From assembly GCA_963772365.1 (NCBI GenBank), contig CAVYXA010000003.1, positions 64,001-128,000 of the forward strand: 64,000 nucleotides of DNA, written 5' to 3'. Below, piece by piece: positions 48,382-58,777 of this stretch. This stretch comes from an uncultured Verrucomicrobiae bacterium (GTDB taxonomy: Bacteria; Verrucomicrobiota; Verrucomicrobiia; Chthoniobacterales; UBA10450). How positions within the stretch are numbered: position 1 is the first letter of the stretch; each line of letters opens with the position of its first letter. A program made the translations under genes and the position numbers. Below the pieces are notes generated by a model. The model was not told the origin of the DNA and did no database searches. It saw nothing but the letters and a program-made list of their open reading frames with translations.

Positions 48382-49436
48382 AAAGCTTTCGAGTGTTTTT
48401 GGCTATGACGCTCGGTGGTTGTTACGCGGCTGTCCCGCTTAGCGCCGGCGAGGTCGTTACTTGCAAATCGCCCGACGGAAAGTTTGCGCTCCGCTGCGTT
48501 TATGCCAACGCGCAGCCTTACAACGGGAAGGCAGCGATTGTGGAGATGCCCGCGCACAAGGCCGTTTTCGTTCTCGATCCCAACTGGACTCTCGGACACG
48601 TCAAGCTTGTCTGGTCGCCAGATTCGCAACGCGTCGCTTATTTTTCAGAGAAGGGAAATAACTATGCGACGCGTCTGTTCTTTCGCAACGGTTCTTCGTT
48701 CAGCGAAATTGCGCTGCCCGATTTTCCCTCACCCAAACTTCCGTCGAATGCGACAGCTGCGTCGGACGCAGACACGACCACGAGAATAGAAGCGATGAGC
48801 TGGAGCGGATCGGGGGATTTGTTACTTGAAAAAGAATTGCTCAATCCCGCCTGGGGCCGGGCTGCTCTCAGAATCACGCTCGGATTCGATCTCGAGAATC
48901 AGCCTTCGTTGCGGAGTGTGGAACAGGAGAAGGTATCGATCATCGATTACTTTCTGCTTTTGCCGCCGGAAAATTTCGAAGCGCCGCCTTCGGCCTGGCT
49001 GAGCCAGATGCGCGGACACAATCATTTTTTCCCTTGTGACAGCAAGCCTGAGCACAACATCGATGAGAAAAACGGCTACCTGAGTTGCTCGGGCGATGGC
49101 GCTCAGTCAAACTTTGATGTCGCGCTTTTTCGTCATCGCGACGGACGACCGCTCCTTGCATTTTGTTCCGCCCAAGTCGAACCGGATGATTCGTTCGGAG
49201 ACTCGGTTTATCTCAAGTTTTTCGAGCTCGGCCCAGACGGCAAGATGCAGGAAATCAAACACTCGATGTTCCCCGGCGCGGGGAACAATTACGATTCTGA
49301 ATTAGGCGAAGGGAAAGGGAGCTGGGAATTTGTGTTACCGAGACAAGGCCGGACGATTCTGGTGCGTTCGCTGAAAAGCCAAAAAGTTCTCCACAAGTTC
49401 GCGTGGGATGGGGAAAAATTTGTCGAGCAAAAATAA
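48378..49436 (+). CDS. Secreted two-domain hypothetical protein (SPDG/WSPDS motifs)
   Basis: GTG 48378 overlaps the stop of the repeat copy; signal-like N-terminus. Confidence 0.7.
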   Translation: MKSFRVFLAMTLGGCYAAVPLSAGEVVTCKSPDGKFALRCVYANAQPYNGKAAIVEMPAHKAVFVLDPNWTLGHVKLVWSPDSQRVAYFSEKGNNYATRLFFRNGSSFSEIALPDFPSPKLPSNATAASDADTTTRIEAMSWSGSGDLLLEKELLNPAWGRAALRITLGFDLENQPSLRSVEQEKVSIIDYFLLLPPENFEAPPSAWLSQMRGHNHFFPCDSKPEHNIDEKNGYLSCSGDGAQSNFDVALFRHRDGRPLLAFCSAQVEPDDSFGDSVYLKFFELGPDGKMQEIKHSMFPGAGNNYDSELGEGKGSWEFVLPRQGRTILVRSLKSQKVLHKFAWDGEKFVEQK

Positions 49437-49511
49437 CCTGCCGCTTTCCGTTTCCAACTGCGACAATCAAAGAGCTGAATGCTCACGCCTAATAGATGAC
49501 CTTCGCGTCTC

Positions 49512-49985
49512 TCATTCGTTAACGTTGTCGAGGCCGGTGAATTTCCAGCCGCTTTTGGTTACTTCAAAAATGAAACGAATTGGTGCGTTTTCTTTATCGG
49601 CCGGGGTTTCTTTAAACGGGCAATAGACAGCATACCGTCGCTTAGATTCTTTTTGAGGTTCGGCGCTGGCAAAACATTGCGCAGCATTGGCCTCCCCTTT
49701 AAAGACTTCGTCATAACGGCGTAAGAACTCCTGCCTGTTCTTTACGGCTTTTACTAAATAGGGCATCGACAACGGGAATTTCGTCATCTCCGCGACCGTC
49801 GATTTATCACCAGCGATAACTGCGGATCGGAATTTGTTCCAGAATGTCGAAAAGTCGGGCTGCGCAAAAGCGTTTGGAAATGACAACAGAATCAAAACCC
49901 CGGCTAACCAAGTCTGGGCGCGAATCACCCGCCACGGCCGGCAGGCGCGAATAGACGCCAAGAAATTCAGCCTAGATGGTCTCAT
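49512..49985 (-). CDS. Secreted hypothetical protein, paralog of 58361-58777
   Basis: FWNKFRSAVIAGDK..VAEMTKFPLSMPY...GEANAAQCF...ENAPIRFIFE...LDNVNE. Confidence 0.78.
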   Translation of the reverse strand: MRPSRLNFLASIRACRPWRVIRAQTWLAGVLILLSFPNAFAQPDFSTFWNKFRSAVIAGDKSTVAEMTKFPLSMPYLVKAVKNRQEFLRRYDEVFKGEANAAQCFASAEPQKESKRRYAVYCPFKETPADKENAPIRFIFEVTKSGWKFTGLDNVNE

Positions 49986-50638
49986 TGTTCCTTCTGCCTC
50001 TTTTCTACTTCTTTCTCCGACATCCGATGGGTCTTAACGATTTTCCAGTTGCCCGCGTCGTCGAACTTGAAAGTAAGAAGAAGATCGGCGCCGAAACCGG
50101 GGCCTGCATAATCGCCATCATCCTTGTGCACTACTTCCGCCATGGACCCATACACAATCAGATTGCTCGAATCGAGCCACCGGTCCGGCTCCACCGTCCA
50201 CCACTGCATATGGAGAAATGTTCCCTTAGGCAGGCCTTTTTTCTTTGCTTGTGCATCAATAATGTTACCAGCCCGCTCGAAAAGATCGTCGCCGTCGCCG
50301 GGCGTCTTTAGTGTTAACCAGTGCTCGCCGCGCAGTTGGTAGAGCAAGGTGAGATGCTCCTTCCCCGCGCCACAGCTATAAAATGCCAGCCGTCTTGAAT
50401 CCGGCGCCCAAAGCGGTGCCGAATGCTCACCTACGGCGCCCAGGTCACATTGCTCTAGGAACTCCAATGCTACTTCGTTTGTGCCAGCCTTAACAAGCTT
50501 CGGTGCCTCTCCGCCAACGTATTCCCATTTCTTGTCTGGAGAGACGGAACTTGGCGACGGCGAAGGCTCTTGGCCAGTAGTCGGCTGGTTTAGAGCGAGA
50601 AAGCAGCAAAGACAACCCAGAGCAACTGACCTGTGCAT
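49982..50638 (-). CDS. Secreted hypothetical protein (SPDKKWEY/WAPDS family)
   Basis: Signal peptide; homologous to the C-terminal part of 53334-54369. Confidence 0.75.
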   Translation of the reverse strand: MHRSVALGCLCCFLALNQPTTGQEPSPSPSSVSPDKKWEYVGGEAPKLVKAGTNEVALEFLEQCDLGAVGEHSAPLWAPDSRRLAFYSCGAGKEHLTLLYQLRGEHWLTLKTPGDGDDLFERAGNIIDAQAKKKGLPKGTFLHMQWWTVEPDRWLDSSNLIVYGSMAEVVHKDDGDYAGPGFGADLLLTFKFDDAGNWKIVKTHRMSEKEVEKRQKEQ

Positions 50639-50847
50639 CGTTCAAGATTGCGAAATTCAAGCGCGCATTGTCAATGCTGTGGCAGGCCTGTGTTTCCCTC
50701 CATCTTGCGCGCCCAACTGACAATTGACCCCGAAAGGGTTCGCGAGTTGACCAACACTACCAGCATAACGACAGCGCCGCTTTTGTATCTCGACAATGCC
50801 GCTCATCTCTGCAAGCTACGCGACACAGTCACGGAAGGAATCATCTT

Positions 50848-51453
50848 ATGAATGTAATTAAATTACCCAGTGTCATCCTGTTGTTCGCCCTGGCTCTTCT
50901 GTTTAACCCCGCCATGATCAAGGCTGGCCTCTATGCGGATGAGGCGAAAAATGCCACGAACGGCGAACTGAACGACCAGGACTACTGGTGGACCCGGTTC
51001 GACGTTATGATGCTCGATCTTGCCTTGAAACAGCATCAACCGGAGGGCCGCATCGGCATCAACGTGGCGGTGGCATTACGCCGCCTCGATGATCTCGCAA
51101 AGCGGTATCCCAAGCATGAGGAAATCCAGAAATGGAAAACGCGCTTTGCGGATGTGCAGGCGAAGATCGACCCCGATACCAATCGCGCCGTGTACTTCGG
51201 TCCGGAATGTCCGTGGGACGAATCCAATTTCGCGCAGCTTTGGGTAAATCTGCATTGGGCCACGCTGGCTGCGGGACAGAAGGACTGGAACACCGCGCTC
51301 TCCTGCCTGCAGAATGTCGAGCAGAACTACCAGTTCATGCTCAAGCCGGACCGCATGAAGGACTATCCCGAGGATTTGCGGAAATGGGTGGTCGAAAACA
51401 AGCCCGAGGCCGACAAGCTCTATGCTGAAGCGAAGGCCAAGACCGGCGGTTGA
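50848..51453 (+). CDS. Secreted helical hypothetical protein
   Basis: Signal peptide; strong GC3 codon bias; GGAAGGA upstream. Confidence 0.75.
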   Translation: MNVIKLPSVILLFALALLFNPAMIKAGLYADEAKNATNGELNDQDYWWTRFDVMMLDLALKQHQPEGRIGINVAVALRRLDDLAKRYPKHEEIQKWKTRFADVQAKIDPDTNRAVYFGPECPWDESNFAQLWVNLHWATLAAGQKDWNTALSCLQNVEQNYQFMLKPDRMKDYPEDLRKWVVENKPEADKLYAEAKAKTGG

Positions 51454-51496
51454 GATTGCCCGACCGCTGCCGAATTCCGCTCGCGCGATCACCGCT

Positions 51497-51904
51497 ATGA
51501 AGCGCACTCGACACGCGGCCAAACTTGGCGCAGCGATTACGGTCGCCTTGGTGACTCTCCATGGACTGGCGCTGGCCCAATCCGGGCGCAGTGTCATGCG
51601 GGGATACGTGGCATTCGAAAATGTGGCGTGGGTTGATAAGCAGCCTACGGCCAAGGTCACCTTGCGCTCCATCACGGAAAACAATTCGAACACCTACACC
51701 GGCGAGACGAGCGAACACGGTATGTATGAAGTCCCGGTGCCCATGGGCGAATATGAGCTGACTATCGGTGCGCCCGGCTTCGTGTCCTACAAGACCACGC
51801 TCTACATGCCCTCCGACTTCATCGCCAATCTCGCCGTGATGTTGAAGAAGGCTGATGCCAAAGGGTCGATGCCAAAGGGCACCGGGAGAAAACCAAAAGC
51901 GTAG
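51497..51904 (+). CDS. Secreted carboxypeptidase-regulatory-like (prealbumin-fold) domain protein
   Basis: AKVTL, GETSEHGMY, GEYELTIGAPGF. Confidence 0.7.
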   Translation: MKRTRHAAKLGAAITVALVTLHGLALAQSGRSVMRGYVAFENVAWVDKQPTAKVTLRSITENNSNTYTGETSEHGMYEVPVPMGEYELTIGAPGFVSYKTTLYMPSDFIANLAVMLKKADAKGSMPKGTGRKPKA

Positions 51905-51957
51905 CGGCCCAAGCGTGCCCAAAATCCTACTGAGAACGGGAGACAGCTTCGACGCTT

Positions 51958-52035
51958 CCCAACGCATACAAAGTGATTGCGGCGCTGGATATGGACGGTG
52001 ACAGGAAGATGAAAGTTATAGTTCGAACTCACTGA
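51958..52035 (+). pseudogene. Fragment paralogous to the C-terminus of 61098-61910
   Basis: PNAYKVIAALDMDGDRKMKVIVR versus PNMYEISAVLDLNGDGKFEIVIH. Confidence 0.55.
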
Positions 52036-52164
52036 TGGGCTTCGAAAGTGAACAAAAACGCGAGCAAACGCTGGATGGCATCCGACATAGTGCCATCTCA
52101 TTGATGCGCGCCGGTATTGGCTGCCTATTTACGAGCAATTCAAGGTCAGCAAAGAAGTTTCCTC

Positions 52165-53214
52165 TTAGCGTTTTTGCAATTCGACGACGCGTTTCTCCGT
52201 CATCTCGCGCAGTGATCGATCCAGGACGATTCTGCGATTCTCCATTTCCGTTGAGATGTCGAATGTTTGCTCAAAGTTTTCGACGAAAGCTTCTCGATCT
52301 TTCAGCCATCCGCGCTGTTGCTCTCGCAGTTGTTCCTTTGCCGCAGGGTCAAGTTTGCGCATGAGCGCGGTGTAAACCTCGTTTAGTTCTCGCTCGATTT
52401 TGCCGTTGCGGGCATCGCCAGTAAACTTGTCATCGCTATCCAGACCGCCGCCGAGCTCTTCCGTTATTTTCGTCACGACGACTGTTATTCCTTTTTCAGC
52501 ACGCGACAATTTAAACGTGACGTATCCCCCGACATCAGGGGTTCCACTCTTCGTTTCGTCCATAGTCGAAAAACTCAAACGCACGGTTGTAGCATCCAGG
52601 AACCCAATATTGCGGCCAATTTCCGGCAGCTCCGAAATTCCATAGCTAAAGGAAATACCGGGCGACTTAATGTGGGCATTGGCGTAACAACGCTGGATTG
52701 CCGACACCACCGCCTTGCCAAAAAGCGGATCGGGTTCGGTCTTGCGAATGCCGTCCGGGCCGACATCAAGAACATCAAAGAGCGCCGGCTCCCATTTTGC
52801 CGTCACTTCCACCAAGGCAAAGCGGCGGCCATTTTGCTCCGGTCCCCAGGCAACAACGAGAACGGCGTGGTTTTTATGCGGGCGATAACATACATCGTCT
52901 CCCTGCGCGAATTTGCCGATCACTTTCTTCGCGCGAAGATCGACAACCAGATTGGCCGGCTCATACTGCGCATCGACGAGATAATCTTCATCCAGGTAGC
53001 GCTTTTCGAATTCCCCGGTGTCAAGGATTGACCAATCCACCGGTTCGGCGTTTTTCTTCTGGAGCACCGTCCAGGCGAGCGCGTAATGGCCATCACTGGT
53101 CTGCGTTCCCGGGACCAACACCGCCTTTTCCGTGGTCGAATCGAGCAGCTTGTAATCGTCTGCGACAAGCGACGAGCAAAGAAAAACGCCAATAAGAAGA
53201 AATACTCGCGTCAT
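52165..53214 (-). CDS. Secreted protein with C-terminal LprI/DUF1311-like domain
   Basis: Signal peptide; ERELNEVYTALM....LREQQRGWLKDRE. Confidence 0.78.
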   Translation of the reverse strand: MTRVFLLIGVFLCSSLVADDYKLLDSTTEKAVLVPGTQTSDGHYALAWTVLQKKNAEPVDWSILDTGEFEKRYLDEDYLVDAQYEPANLVVDLRAKKVIGKFAQGDDVCYRPHKNHAVLVVAWGPEQNGRRFALVEVTAKWEPALFDVLDVGPDGIRKTEPDPLFGKAVVSAIQRCYANAHIKSPGISFSYGISELPEIGRNIGFLDATTVRLSFSTMDETKSGTPDVGGYVTFKLSRAEKGITVVVTKITEELGGGLDSDDKFTGDARNGKIERELNEVYTALMRKLDPAAKEQLREQQRGWLKDREAFVENFEQTFDISTEMENRRIVLDRSLREMTEKRVVELQKR

Positions 53215-53333
53215 CTTAAAAAATCGCTTTTCAACTGTTTATGCCTGCTCGTCGACCGAAGGCACAGTCGCGACATTTATTACCGGCACGATCAGCACAA
53301 CAAGCGGGAACGGCAAAACAAGAATCTGCCTTC

Positions 53334-54369
53334 TCATTGTTCCGCCCCAAGCTCCTTTTTAGACATTCGATGCGCGTCCACGATCTTCCACTTACTAGCG
53401 TCGTCGAATTTCAACGTGAAAAGGAAGCCGGCTTCGAGGTCGCCCGACGTGCGCCCATAACAAGGCGCATAAAGAATTGCGGTATTCGCATCAGTCCACT
53501 TGCGCACCTTCGTCATTGTCCGGCGCGCAACGACGCGGGTTAAAATCCTTTGGCAAACGGCCCTTGCCAAGTTGTGCTAACTGCAAATCCTCCGTCTTTA
53601 TGTCCGACGGTGAATGCAGCGCGGCCCATTCGCCGTCACGTAGTTGATAAAATGCGACGAATTCAACTCTCGTATGGTGCGCGTGCCCCGGGGCGTAATT
53701 GCAGGCGAACCGCTTTGAATCGGGCGCCCATATCACCTCCGTCTGATTCGCCTCCGGATTGTACACCCCAAGGTCTTGATCCAGATCCACAACAACGTCT
53801 GTCGTCCCGGGCTTAACAATTTCCGGCGCACACTGATCGAGACCGTATTTATCGCATCTATATTCCCATTGGTTGTCCGGAGAAACGGAGCTTGCGCTCG
53901 ATGACGAAGCACGGCCGGTTTCGGAAACCGATTGCGCTTGTTCGCTCGTCGATTCAGGCGTTGATGGCGGTGATGCTGTTACGCTACTCGTCGCGAGCTT
54001 GCCCGCGTTTTGAGTTCCGTGATCGACCATGTTGTTCAGTTCGTTAATGCGCTCTCGAGTCAGATGCGTCATCGTTTCATAGCGGAGTGTCGGCGCCATC
54101 GAGCCGCCATCTGCCTCCTTAGCCGCTCGCGCTGCCTCGGCATCGCGGGATACAACCCATGTTCGTTGTGCCTCCCTTAGCTTTTGCTTGCTCTCAACGG
54201 TCGGAAGTTTTGCCAAAACCGATTGATAAGTTTTGTTGAGATCAGTATCAGCTCGCTGAAACTCCGCGCGCGCCTGCGCGTTCATGGCCGCCTGCGTCTG
54301 CGCGCTCGCCGTGAAAGCAAGCAATGACGACGCGGCCAAAAGGGTGTTCGTCAGGCGAGTTAGCTTCAT
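53334..54369 (-). CDS. Secreted protein with N-terminal LprI/DUF1311-like domain plus WAPDS domain, frameshift at ~53511
   Basis: QTQAAMN...ADTDLNKTYQ...LREAQRTWVVSRDAE. The tail FTLKFDDASKWKIVDAHRMSKKE lies in ORF 53334-53570 and matches 49982-50638. Confidence 0.78.
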
Positions 54370-55574
54370 TGCTCGTTAGGCAAGCGACGCATATTCACGA
54401 ACTCAACCTGCAAACCGCCGGGCGTTTCGCGCAAACGCAAATGCTCGCGCACCGCGAATATCGTTTCGCCCCTATGTTCGCCCAGTCCTGAGTTAGTCAT
54501 TGACGCGTTTAGATCGATCAGGCCGTCATCACTTACTTTATTGATGTAGATGGAAAGGCCGCCGCCGATCTTGGGATCGAGCCGTTTTCTGACAAAGGCG
54601 TAAGTTTTCTTTTCGATGGCTTTGTCCAGATCCACTGCGCCGGCAAACTTCGGCCCTGGTTTAATCTTTCCCGCGACGCAGGCGGTGGACGCCCATTTGT
54701 CATCCCACAGTTGCACAAACTCAAGCGAGTCCGGCGACCATGCGACGACACATTGTCGATGATTGTAACGCCGACTGGTGCCGAAATAATTGCAGCCTGT
54801 TTCCCCGAGAATCGTCTTACTCGCAAGGTCAACAACGTAGTTGCGTAAACCCTCCTCTCCCTCTGTCAGCCCCTCGCCCATTCGCTGGAGAAAATCGTTC
54901 CAATCAACGTCCTTTTGGGCGAATCCCAGCGCAATGGCATAGCGTCCATCCAGCGACGCCGTGCCATGGATCACACGATACTTGCCTGAGTCGCCTTGAA
55001 CGTTCGCGAACGGGTCGAAAAATTGAGGCGGACCGACTTTCCTCAGTGCGGGGTCGAGTTCGTGCGATTCATCTAAAAAATCTTCCGTGTCGCTATCCGG
55101 GTTGGTCTGCTTGGAAACATCGACCACCGCATTTGGAAAATGGACAGTGTCAGTCGGTTCACCGGGCTTGAATCGCGCGCTCTTTCTCGATTCGCGAATC
55201 AGTCCGTAGTAGCCTCGCTCGGTTCGGCCGAAATATTTTCGGGATTCTTCCACTTGCGTACCGCCGTCAGGCAATGGCGTGTCCTTGCGCGTGAGTTTGA
55301 ACAGACCGCTCCAGGCGACGTCACTATGCAAATCGTACGGGATGTATTCCGTGAGCTCGCGTCCAGAGGCATCGTTGCGTTCCATCGCGACTTTGATCAG
55401 GTCCTCCGCACCGTTGTACCATTCTTGTTTAACGGTTGTCGCGCCGCCAGATTCGCTCTTGCTGACGCAATGAATTGAACGAGCGAGTTGCTCTTCGACC
55501 TGGCGGTAACGCTCCGCCAACATTTTCACCTGCTCCTCCACTGAGAGCGCGCCTGATGCGCTGCACGCGATCAC
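54366..55574 (-). CDS. Hypothetical secreted protein (GT.S.DG.YA/NH/WSPDS/KW family); start unresolved
   Basis: Long ORF overlapping the next gene by 4 nt. The hydrophobic leader extends upstream of the GTG without an ATG. Confidence 0.7.
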   Translation of the reverse strand: MIACSASGALSVEEQVKMLAERYRQVEEQLARSIHCVSKSESGGATTVKQEWYNGAEDLIKVAMERNDASGRELTEYIPYDLHSDVAWSGLFKLTRKDTPLPDGGTQVEESRKYFGRTERGYYGLIRESRKSARFKPGEPTDTVHFPNAVVDVSKQTNPDSDTEDFLDESHELDPALRKVGPPQFFDPFANVQGDSGKYRVIHGTASLDGRYAIALGFAQKDVDWNDFLQRMGEGLTEGEEGLRNYVVDLASKTILGETGCNYFGTSRRYNHRQCVVAWSPDSLEFVQLWDDKWASTACVAGKIKPGPKFAGAVDLDKAIEKKTYAFVRKRLDPKIGGGLSIYINKVSDDGLIDLNASMTNSGLGEHRGETIFAVREHLRLRETPGGLQVEFVNMRRLPNEQ

Positions 55575-55660
55575 GAGAACTCCAATGACGACGGACAGCC
55601 GAATCAGACCCGAACGCGCGCCGCTAATGGGGAATCCCGCTGGGAGTTCGACTTCGGCTG

Positions 55661-57049
55661 CTACTTCTTCTTCAGTTTTCGTAACGCTTCCTTTGCTGTC
55701 TCTGAGTATTGGCCGTTCGGCTCCAGTTTTAGAGCGTCTTCGTAGTATTTTCGTGCGCTTACTAAGTCTTTCATCTCAGCGCTGATCTGTCCGAGGGCAA
55801 TCAACGCGGCAGCGGATTTCGGATCGAGTTGGTGCGCTTTTTCGAGAAACTCGCGCGCCTTCTGCCATTCGCCAAGGTCAGCGTAATAACCGGCTGCATC
55901 AGTGAAGCCTTCCGCACGATTTGGATATTGCTGTGTCGCCAGGCGCGAAATCTCGAACCAGCGTTTATCGTCCTCAGCGTTCTCCTTTTTCTCGTAATAC
56001 AAACCATATTCATGCAGCTTTTCCGGGACGAATTTGTCGGCCGGCTCTTTGACCGGTTCGCCTTGCCACTTGAGCTGCGCCGGATGCTCACGCGAGTAAG
56101 CGACCATCTTCTTCAACGTCGCCAACTCATTGTCGAAATCTCCGCTCTCTTGATAAATGAACGCGAGGCCGCACCAGATATCGAGGCGATCGGGAAATTT
56201 CGTCGTTGCTTCCTGAAGAAGATCGGCCGCCCGCGTCATATTCCCTTTATCTTGCTCGAACGAAATGCTCCCCGTCTGCTTTCCCGTCTTCTTATCAGTC
56301 AACTTAAAATCGCCTGGGCCCGGTTTCTTTGTCGAGATGACTACCTGGCCTTGATTAAAATAATAATTCGCGCTTGTGATCCACGCGTCGGGATCGTCAG
56401 GCGCCTTCTTGCGCCATTCGGTCAGCAACGGCTCGATTTCCGCTTCCGCATGCTGATCTTTTAGCTTGTCGTAACGAGCGGCATAATCGTTGCCACTTGC
56501 CATCGCGGACTTCGGTTCGAGATAAACGAGGGTTTTCAGGACTTTCTCGAGTTCATCGGAATCTTTTTGGTAGCTAGCCTTATCGCGCGAGGTGAGAACA
56601 ATGAGAGCGACCCCACGCGGAAGTTGGATGTAGCCCACGCGCTCCCACTGCGAGTAAGTCTTCGTCGCAGGATATTCGTTAATAAAATAATCGTGGCCGT
56701 CCCTGGTTTTGCCGGACGCGATCTTCTCCTTCGGTCGTCCATGGATCTTCTCCATGTCTTTGATCGCCATTGCCACAAACGCGTTTACTCCTTCAAATTC
56801 CGTGCCAGCAATGTTGGCATACATCACCGTCTTCGCGTCCGACCACGACGAACCTTTCGGATATAGCACACAGGGCATGCTCTGTTCTTTTCCTGCCTCA
56901 TTGTCGACAACCCAGCCTTCGGGTGCACTGATATTAAACCCCGCTTTGGGGCCGTAAACGGTTCCGCCCGGCGACGTCTCCTGAGCGAGCATAGACGGAC
57001 AGATGGCACCGAGCGCGAGGGACGCGAGAATGCATATTTTGCTTTTCAT
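55661..57049 (-). CDS. Secreted TPR-containing protein
   Basis: Signal peptide MKSKICILASLALG...; C-terminal TPRs (KAHQLDP, ALKLEPN). Confidence 0.8.
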   Translation of the reverse strand: MKSKICILASLALGAICPSMLAQETSPGGTVYGPKAGFNISAPEGWVVDNEAGKEQSMPCVLYPKGSSWSDAKTVMYANIAGTEFEGVNAFVAMAIKDMEKIHGRPKEKIASGKTRDGHDYFINEYPATKTYSQWERVGYIQLPRGVALIVLTSRDKASYQKDSDELEKVLKTLVYLEPKSAMASGNDYAARYDKLKDQHAEAEIEPLLTEWRKKAPDDPDAWITSANYYFNQGQVVISTKKPGPGDFKLTDKKTGKQTGSISFEQDKGNMTRAADLLQEATTKFPDRLDIWCGLAFIYQESGDFDNELATLKKMVAYSREHPAQLKWQGEPVKEPADKFVPEKLHEYGLYYEKKENAEDDKRWFEISRLATQQYPNRAEGFTDAAGYYADLGEWQKAREFLEKAHQLDPKSAAALIALGQISAEMKDLVSARKYYEDALKLEPNGQYSETAKEALRKLKKK

Positions 57050-57062
57050 GTCAGAATGATGA

Positions 57063-58055
57063 TTACTCCTTGGTCTTTTCCGAGCTGCTCTTACTTCTCT
57101 TGCGGAGCCTGCCCGAAACGTTATTCGAAATAAACTTCGCCTGCGGAATGTCCCAAACCGCCTCGACGTGGCCACGCCATGCGCGATCGGAAGAGCGCAA
57201 CACATCATCCGTTATATTCGGGCTGGTTTCGGCCGATGCATCGATCAGGACCCGGCCGGTGCCCTCGAGTTTGAATGTAGTGTCTTCGACGAAAACGAAA
57301 TCAAAGAGATCATTGTATCGAGCAGCTCTGGCTTTCCGATAATTCGGAACTAACAGGTCGTGCGCTTTGCGCGCGATGTTTGTCATTCGACCAAGCTTAC
57401 CATCGTGGAACTCGACGAGGAAAACGTCGCGCGGACCCCACTTTGCATCGAGCGTGATCAACGCGATCGAGCTATCGCCCGACCACTCCACGCTAAGGTT
57501 GCCGTGGTTTTCGTGCTCGAAATACGGAAACTTCGTTGGCAGCTCGCCAACAATTTGGAACGGATGTAACGAGACGAGATAGTCTTTGATGCGCTCAGGC
57601 TGGTTCGCCTCCTCGGCAGCTTCTTCAGCTTCTAACCTTGGACAAATGACGGCGAACTTTTTGTCGAGCGAAATCGTGCTGGCTACGACGAGATATTTTT
57701 TTGAAAATTTATCCGGCAGCCCAGTGGATGAATCTTTCTCTTCTTCTTCTGCGACGCTTTTGGTCCCGTCGGGAGTGAATTTGACGATTGAACTCGAATC
57801 CCCATCCAGAGCAAAAAGATCATCCGCTTTACCGAAGGCTAACCCGCTGGAGCCGAAGGCGCCGCTAGCGAAGATGCTTTTGGTTCCATCGGCATCGAAT
57901 TTGAGAATCGTGTTAGGGTAACTCGCGACAAACAGGTTATCCGAACTGTCGAACGGCAAAGCCGTAGGATTACTAGGGTTAGAATCCTGCTGCTGCGCAC
58001 AGATAAGAACCGAGAAGGCACAGCTAACCGCGCATGCCCCGATCGGTACCGACAT
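57063..58055 (-). CDS. Secreted protein: short NHL-like repeats fused to an NH/WS.DS/KW-family domain
   Basis: FDSSDNLFVA..ILKFDADGTKS and GLAF..DLF..IVKFTPDGTKS, then YFEHENHGNLSVEWSGDS...DAKW. Confidence 0.7.
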   Translation of the reverse strand: MSVPIGACAVSCAFSVLICAQQQDSNPSNPTALPFDSSDNLFVASYPNTILKFDADGTKSIFASGAFGSSGLAFGKADDLFALDGDSSSIVKFTPDGTKSVAEEEEKDSSTGLPDKFSKKYLVVASTISLDKKFAVICPRLEAEEAAEEANQPERIKDYLVSLHPFQIVGELPTKFPYFEHENHGNLSVEWSGDSSIALITLDAKWGPRDVFLVEFHDGKLGRMTNIARKAHDLLVPNYRKARAARYNDLFDFVFVEDTTFKLEGTGRVLIDASAETSPNITDDVLRSSDRAWRGHVEAVWDIPQAKFISNNVSGRLRKRSKSSSEKTKE

Positions 58056-58360
58056 GAAAGATGATCTCAGGGGACGTAGCCGTGCGTGCCGAGAGATGCG
58101 GGATTGACAAGCCGTATTCATCGCTGCGATTCCAGCGCTCGCGGAGTCATCTTCCTTAATTTCACAACAGAGGCTTTGTGGTTCTCGTTGAAGTCGGTAG
58201 TAATCTCGGAAGCGCCGCGACTACTGGTTTCCACTAGGTAGATCGATGTCAGCACAATTGAGATCCCGTAGCGGCCAGGCGCATAAGACCCGATTCAGTT
58301 ATTGGATTATTCAGTGTGAATTCGTGAAAAGCTGTCGAAACGTTTGGCGTTAATCCGCGA

Positions 58361-58777
58361 TCATTCATTGATGTTATCGAGCCCGACAAGTCTCCAATCG
58401 CCTTTGGTCAATTCAAAAATGAAGCGAATCGGCGCATTTTCCCAGTCGTTCGGTGTTTCTTTAAAAGGGCAATAGATCTCACACCGCTGCGCGGATTCTT
58501 TTCTCGGTTTGCCGCTTCCGAAACATTGCGCGGCATTGGCCTCGCCTTTGAAAATCTCGTTATAACGTCGCGAAAAATCTTCTTTGTTCTTTACGGCTTT
58601 TATCCCATATGGCATCGACAGCGGAAATTTCGTCATCTCCGCGACCTTCGCTTTATCGCCAGCAATAACAGCCGATTTAAATTTGTTCCAAAATGCCGGA
58701 AACTCGCTCTGCGCAAAAGCGTACGGCAGCAATAACAAAATTAGAATTGCCGCCACCAAAATCCTAAAACATTTCAT
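58361..58777 (-). CDS. Secreted hypothetical protein, paralog of 49512-49985
   Basis: Near-colinear mature sequence; signal peptide. Confidence 0.8.
   Translation of the reverse strand: MKCFRILVAAILILLLLPYAFAQSEFPAFWNKFKSAVIAGDKAKVAEMTKFPLSMPYGIKAVKNKEDFSRRYNEIFKGEANAAQCFGSGKPRKESAQRCEIYCPFKETPNDWENAPIRFIFELTKGDWRLVGLDNINE

Noticed and set aside
52035..52164. Possible second gene remnant (DARRYWLPIYEQFKV)
   Set aside because: Too short to assign by eye; needs BLASTx.
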